64,000 bases of DNA from Octopus sinensis (taxonomy: Eukaryota): assembly GCF_006345805.1 (NCBI RefSeq), contig NC_043001.1, forward strand, positions 112,282,001 through 112,346,000, written 5' to 3'. Positions within the stretch are counted from its first letter, which is position 1. Each line of letters starts with the position of its first letter. Of this stretch, positions 63,566 through 64,000 are shown piece by piece. The position numbers and the translations under genes were made by a program. Below the pieces are notes generated by a model, which saw only the letters and a list, made by a program, of their open reading frames with translations, made no database searches and was not told the origin of the DNA.

Positions 63566-64000
63566 ATCAACTGTTTTTCTTTGATTCATTTGTATAGTAC
63601 AGTAGCCAAGCTGTTAGACGTAGTAGCTAAGCTATTGCCTCGCCATATATGCTCAAAATATAATCCGGCAGAGACACCACAGGGACAATAGGTACTCTTA
63701 ATGATGGCTGCACGAAATCACATTGAACAGTTGAAAGTATAAAAACTAACGGGATCCGTGGAAATACCACTATGTAAGTCAGCATATCTGATAAGATTAC
63801 GTTGATATATTAAACACAAGGAAGGTATTTCAAAGAGTTCTTTTGAAATCCTATCGTTTGAAATGAAGCTGTAACATCCACAGCTAGTTGCGAACTAAAG
63901 TTGTTTCCCTTTAGTTTAACTATCTATCGATATGCCTTTTAATGCATGACTTTATAGATCTTCATGACACTGTTTCATCCTGTTAAACATTTTGGATTCT

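Overview
AT-rich, microsatellite-saturated eukaryotic DNA with no complete gene, rRNA, true tRNA gene or CRISPR array. The repeat content looks like a coleoid cephalopod, most likely Octopus; this is inferred from the SINE, LINE and microsatellite make-up and was not database-checked. Nearly all ORFs in the supplied track are microsatellite translations. What can be supported: (i) four tRNA-derived SINE families, named A-D here, including concatemers and a dimer bounded by 12-14 bp target-site duplications; (ii) decayed autonomous elements: at least six R4/Dong-type (RT + CCHC + restriction-like endonuclease) fragments sitting in (AAT)n, a 2.1 kb L1/Tx1-type APE+RT fragment, a CR1-type LINE 3' end, Penelope-like RT remnants and a DD34E Tc1 transposase pseudogene; (iii) a ~530 bp noncoding (AAT)n-tailed element in four copies; (iv) many long foldbacks and palindromes in (TA)n, several carrying minimal type-I hammerhead ribozyme motifs with palindromic stem III. 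The most notable is a 1.2 kb unit with an outward-facing hammerhead in each ~260 bp inverted arm. A few unique stretches may be host exons; the best is a minus-strand terminal exon at ~31.9-32.1 kb encoding a Gly-rich linker plus a GPI-signal-like tail. Coordinates were counted by hand and may be off by a few bases.
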